This document shows positions 60,917 to 64,000 of a DNA stretch of 64,000 nucleotides, one piece after another. The first letter of the stretch is position 1. Each line of letters begins with the position of its first letter. Position numbers and translations under genes: made by a program. The stretch comes from Candidatus Entotheonellaceae bacterium (GTDB lineage: Bacteria; Tectomicrobia; Entotheonellia; Entotheonellales; Entotheonellaceae): the NCBI GenBank assembly GCA_965238075.1, contig OZ250173.1, positions 1,920,001-1,984,000 on the forward strand, in the 5' to 3' direction. The notes beneath the pieces are model-generated. The model did not search any database. It was not told the origin of the DNA and saw only the letters and a list, made by a program, of their open reading frames with translations.

Positions 60917-63685
60917 TTACGAACACCCGCTGGTGGCGCCACAATTGGGGCACTTGTAGCACGCGCCGCTGCGGGTCATCAGGGCGCCGCAGTCGGCGCA
61001 TGACGGGGCATCTTCCTGCAACCGGAAGTAATAGGGCTCCTCGGTGGTCCCCAAGGGCGTGTGATGGCCGTTCTTTGCTTCCTTGGGCGTAACCGGTTCG
61101 GCAGCCTGCTCCAGGCCGTCCCGGTCGAGAACACCGATTTGGGCGCGTTCGTCCTGATCGAGGAATTTGGATGCGAGCCAGCGGAAGATGTAATCCATCA
61201 CCGACTTGGCGATGGGAATCTCGGTGTTTTGGGTGAACCCGGCTGGCTCGAAGCGCATATGGCTGAACTTGTCGATCAACGCCCGCAGCGGCACGCCGTA
61301 CTGAAATGCCAGTGAAATCGACGTGGCGAAGGCATCCATCAGCCCGGAAATGGTGCTGCCCTCCTTGGCCATGACCAGGAAAATTTCGCCGGGTGTCCCG
61401 TCCTCGAACATGCCGACCGTAATATAGCCTTCATGTCCCGCGATTGAGAACTTGTGGGTGATTGCCGGGCGCTCATCCGGCAGCCGCCGCCGCATGGGTT
61501 TGCTCGGTGCCGCCGCAGTTTTCGGCTCGGCCGCCTTGGTGTTGAGCGGTTGGGTGCGCTTGCAGCCGTCGCGATAGATGGCGACGCACTTGATGCCGAG
61601 GCCCCAGGCGTCGATGTACGCCTGCTCGATGTCGGCGACCGTGGCCTGGTTGGGCACGTTGATTGTCTTCGACACCGACCCCGACAGGAACGGCTGCACC
61701 GCCGCTACCATGCGCAGGTGCCCGCTGTAATGGATCGAGCGGCCCCCGGGCATGGCGGGAAAGGCGCAGTCAAAGACCAGCAGATGGTCTTCCCGGAGGT
61801 CGGGCGCGCCTTCCATGGTGCCGTGCTCGTCAATGTATTGCACGAGGTTGTCGATCTGCTGCGGCGTGTAGCCGAGGCAGGTCAGGGCGCGCGGGACCGT
61901 GTTGTTGACGATCTTCAGCTCGCCGCCGCCGACGAGCTTCTTGTATTTCACCAGCGCCAGGTCGGGCTCGATGCCGGTGGTGTCGCAGTCCATCATGAAC
62001 GCGATGGTGCCGGTGGGTGCCAACAGGGTTACCTGTGCGTTGCGGTAGCCGTGTTGCTTGCCGTGAGCGTAGCACTCGCTCCACACCTGCTGGGCGGCTT
62101 CCTGTAGCGACTGCGGGAGGGATTCGTGCTGCGTGCCGCGGCAACTTTCCTGATGCCTTTTAATCACCTTCAGCATGGGCTTGCGATTGTCCGCGTAACC
62201 GGCGAAGGGTCCTTGCGCAGCGGCGATTTGCGAACTGGTCAGATACGCCTGCCCGGTCATCAGGGCGGTGATGGTGCCCGCATAGGCGCGGCCCGCGTCC
62301 GAGTCGTAGGGCAAGCCGCGGGCCATGAGCAGCGCCCCGAGGTTGGCGTATCCGAGGCCCAGGGTGCGGTAATCATGGCTGTTGCGCTCAATGGCCGGGG
62401 TGGGATAGCTGGCGTGGCCGACGAGGATTTCCTGCGCCAGGATCATCACGTGCACGGTGTGGCGGAAGGCTTCGATGTCGAACGTCCCGTCATCATCGAG
62501 GAATTGCATCAGGTTGAGCGAGGAGAGGTTGCAGGCGCTGTCGTTGATCCAGCAATACTCCGCACACGGGTTCGTGGCCTCCTGGCGTCCGGCGGCGGGG
62601 CACGTGTGCCAGCTATTGATCGTGTCGTCGAACTGAATGCCAGGGTCGCCGCAGGCCCATGTTGCCTCGGCGATCTGTCGCAGCAGGTCGCGGGCTTGGT
62701 AGGTCTTGGCGGGCTCGCCGGAAATGCGGTGGCGGGTCTGCCACTCGTTGTCTTTAGCCACCGCGCGCATGAACGCATCGGACACCCGCACCGAGTTGTT
62801 GGCGTTTTGGAAGCTGACGGTACCGTAGGCGTCGCCGTCGAGGGAGGCGTCGTACCCGGCGTCGATGAGCGCGTGCGCCTTTCGCTCCTCAACGGCCTTG
62901 CAGCGGATGAAGGCTTCGATGTCGGGATGGTCGGCATTGAGGAGCACCATTTTGGCGCTGCGCCGCGTCGTGCCGCCCGACTTGATAGCGCCGGCGGAGG
63001 CGTCTGCGGCCCGCATGAAGGAAAGCGGGCCGGAGGCCGTGCCACCGCCCGAAAGGGATTCGCCGGTGGCCCGCAGGCGAGAGAGATTGACGCCCGACCC
63101 CGATCCGCCCTTGAAGATAATGCCTTCCTGCCGGTACCAATCCAGGATGGCGTGCATGTCGTCGTGCACGGAAATGATGAAGCAGGCACTCGCCTGCGGC
63201 GGTGTGCCCTCCACCCCGATGTTGAACCACACCGGAGAGTTGAACGACGCCTTCTGGTGCAGCAGAACGTGGGTCAACTCATGCGAAAAAATTTCCGCAT
63301 CCTGCTTGCTGGCAAAGTACCCGTCGTCGTCGCCCCAAGTGGTGATGGTGTGCACGACCCGGTCGAGCACCTGGCGCACCGAGCCTTCGCGCCGGGGGGA
63401 ATCGAGCGGTCCGCGGAAATATTTCGAGGCCACCACGTTGGTTGCCAACTGCGACCACGTTTCGGGGAATTCCACGTCACGCTGTTCGAACACCGCACGC
63501 CCATTTTCACCGGTGATCACGGCGTGGCGATTTTCCCACGCCACGGCGTCGTAAGGATGCACGTCGGGACTGGTGAAATAGCGCTGCATCGACAGGCCGG
63601 GAGAGGCGTTCGCAGGCGTCGAGCTCCCGGTAGAAGTTGGATCCGTGGCGGGGAGGGTTGCGGAGGGAGGAGCTGCGCTGGTCAC
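60917..63685 (-). CDS. nrdJ: Class II (B12-dependent) ribonucleotide reductase
   Basis: FNSPVWFN, SACFI, NPCAE, ACNL.S, APTGT, YRDG.K..QPL, C-terminal Zn ribbon. Confidence 0.96.
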   Translation of the reverse strand: MTSAAPPSATLPATDPTSTGSSTPANASPGLSMQRYFTSPDVHPYDAVAWENRHAVITGENGRAVFEQRDVEFPETWSQLATNVVASKYFRGPLDSPRREGSVRQVLDRVVHTITTWGDDDGYFASKQDAEIFSHELTHVLLHQKASFNSPVWFNIGVEGTPPQASACFIISVHDDMHAILDWYRQEGIIFKGGSGSGVNLSRLRATGESLSGGGTASGPLSFMRAADASAGAIKSGGTTRRSAKMVLLNADHPDIEAFIRCKAVEERKAHALIDAGYDASLDGDAYGTVSFQNANNSVRVSDAFMRAVAKDNEWQTRHRISGEPAKTYQARDLLRQIAEATWACGDPGIQFDDTINSWHTCPAAGRQEATNPCAEYCWINDSACNLSSLNLMQFLDDDGTFDIEAFRHTVHVMILAQEILVGHASYPTPAIERNSHDYRTLGLGYANLGALLMARGLPYDSDAGRAYAGTITALMTGQAYLTSSQIAAAQGPFAGYADNRKPMLKVIKRHQESCRGTQHESLPQSLQEAAQQVWSECYAHGKQHGYRNAQVTLLAPTGTIAFMMDCDTTGIEPDLALVKYKKLVGGGELKIVNNTVPRALTCLGYTPQQIDNLVQYIDEHGTMEGAPDLREDHLLVFDCAFPAMPGGRSIHYSGHLRMVAAVQPFLSGSVSKTINVPNQATVADIEQAYIDAWGLGIKCVAIYRDGCKRTQPLNTKAAEPKTAAAPSKPMRRRLPDERPAITHKFSIAGHEGYITVGMFEDGTPGEIFLVMAKEGSTISGLMDAFATSISLAFQYGVPLRALIDKFSHMRFEPAGFTQNTEIPIAKSVMDYIFRWLASKFLDQDERAQIGVLDRDGLEQAAEPVTPKEAKNGHHTPLGTTEEPYYFRLQEDAPSCADCGALMTRSGACYKCPNCGATSGCS

Positions 63686-63825
63686 TGAATTATCCCTTTA
63701 TAAGTCAATAAGTTGCGAACTGTCGGAGGGTGCGGTATGGCCTTGCCGATGCAGGCTTGCTGCATAGAATATGCGTAACAAAACTATCGTGCAAGCTAAA
63801 TTTGCAAATTGCAATAAACGCCTGA

Positions 63826-63999
63826 TCAGTCCATCGTGAGGGGCTGGATTCGTGCCCTTGAACCGGCCCGCAGAAGCCGCCGATGCGGCGGCATGACCAG
63901 TAATCCAAGGGGCTGCGAATCGGCTCGTGACAGGTCGAGCAGATTGTTGAGAAGCGTGGCTTGCCAGCCTTCGGGATCAGGATGCAGGCGGCAGGGAAA
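63826..63999 (-). CDS. 3' end of an upstream CDS entering from outside the window
   Basis: Open frame FPCRLHPDPEGWQATLLNNLL...RIQPLTMD*; product not assignable. Confidence 0.4.
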   Translation of the reverse strand, partial: FPCRLHPDPEGWQATLLNNLLDLSRADSQPLGLLVMPPHRRLLRAGSRARIQPLTMD

Positions 64000-64000
64000 A

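Noticed and set aside
63686-63825. Cobalamin riboswitch or NrdR boxes upstream of nrdJ
   Set aside because: No B12-box and only weak similarity to the NrdR palindrome.

Overview
GC-rich bacterial chromosomal window. F420-type LLM oxidoreductases, SDRs, Sel1/FGE-domain proteins, many TA modules and IS remnants resemble marine-sponge-symbiont genomes, and the core genes look deltaproteobacterial/Tectomicrobia-like; both points are inference only. 1-7 kb and 33-43 kb are mostly catabolic genes. About 6.8-33 kb is a decaying accessory region with IS3, IS481/ExeA, IS110 and Tn3 remnants, a ~150-bp MITE, a broken type ISP R-M gene, HigBA, and an XRE-IrrE/DUF4411/DUF4427 cluster. 43-58 kb is housekeeping: yebC-ruvCAB-queA, HU, dnaJ-hspR-dnaJ with a sigma70 promoter/HAIR site, a DacZ-like cyclase, an EF-G paralogue, maf, comM, tatBC and pyrE. 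58-64 kb holds an HsdR_N nuclease fusion, vapBC, a collapsed ABC operon and nrdJ. The most notable unannotated signals are (i) co-oriented XerC/D dif-like sites bracketing a 9.5-kb cargo island and a DUF1272 mini-cassette, (ii) an intact IS110 whose left end carries candidate bridge-RNA guides matching two tandem right-end junctions, and (iii) a nuclease fused to a SeqA-like domain. No rRNA, tRNA or CRISPR array was seen.
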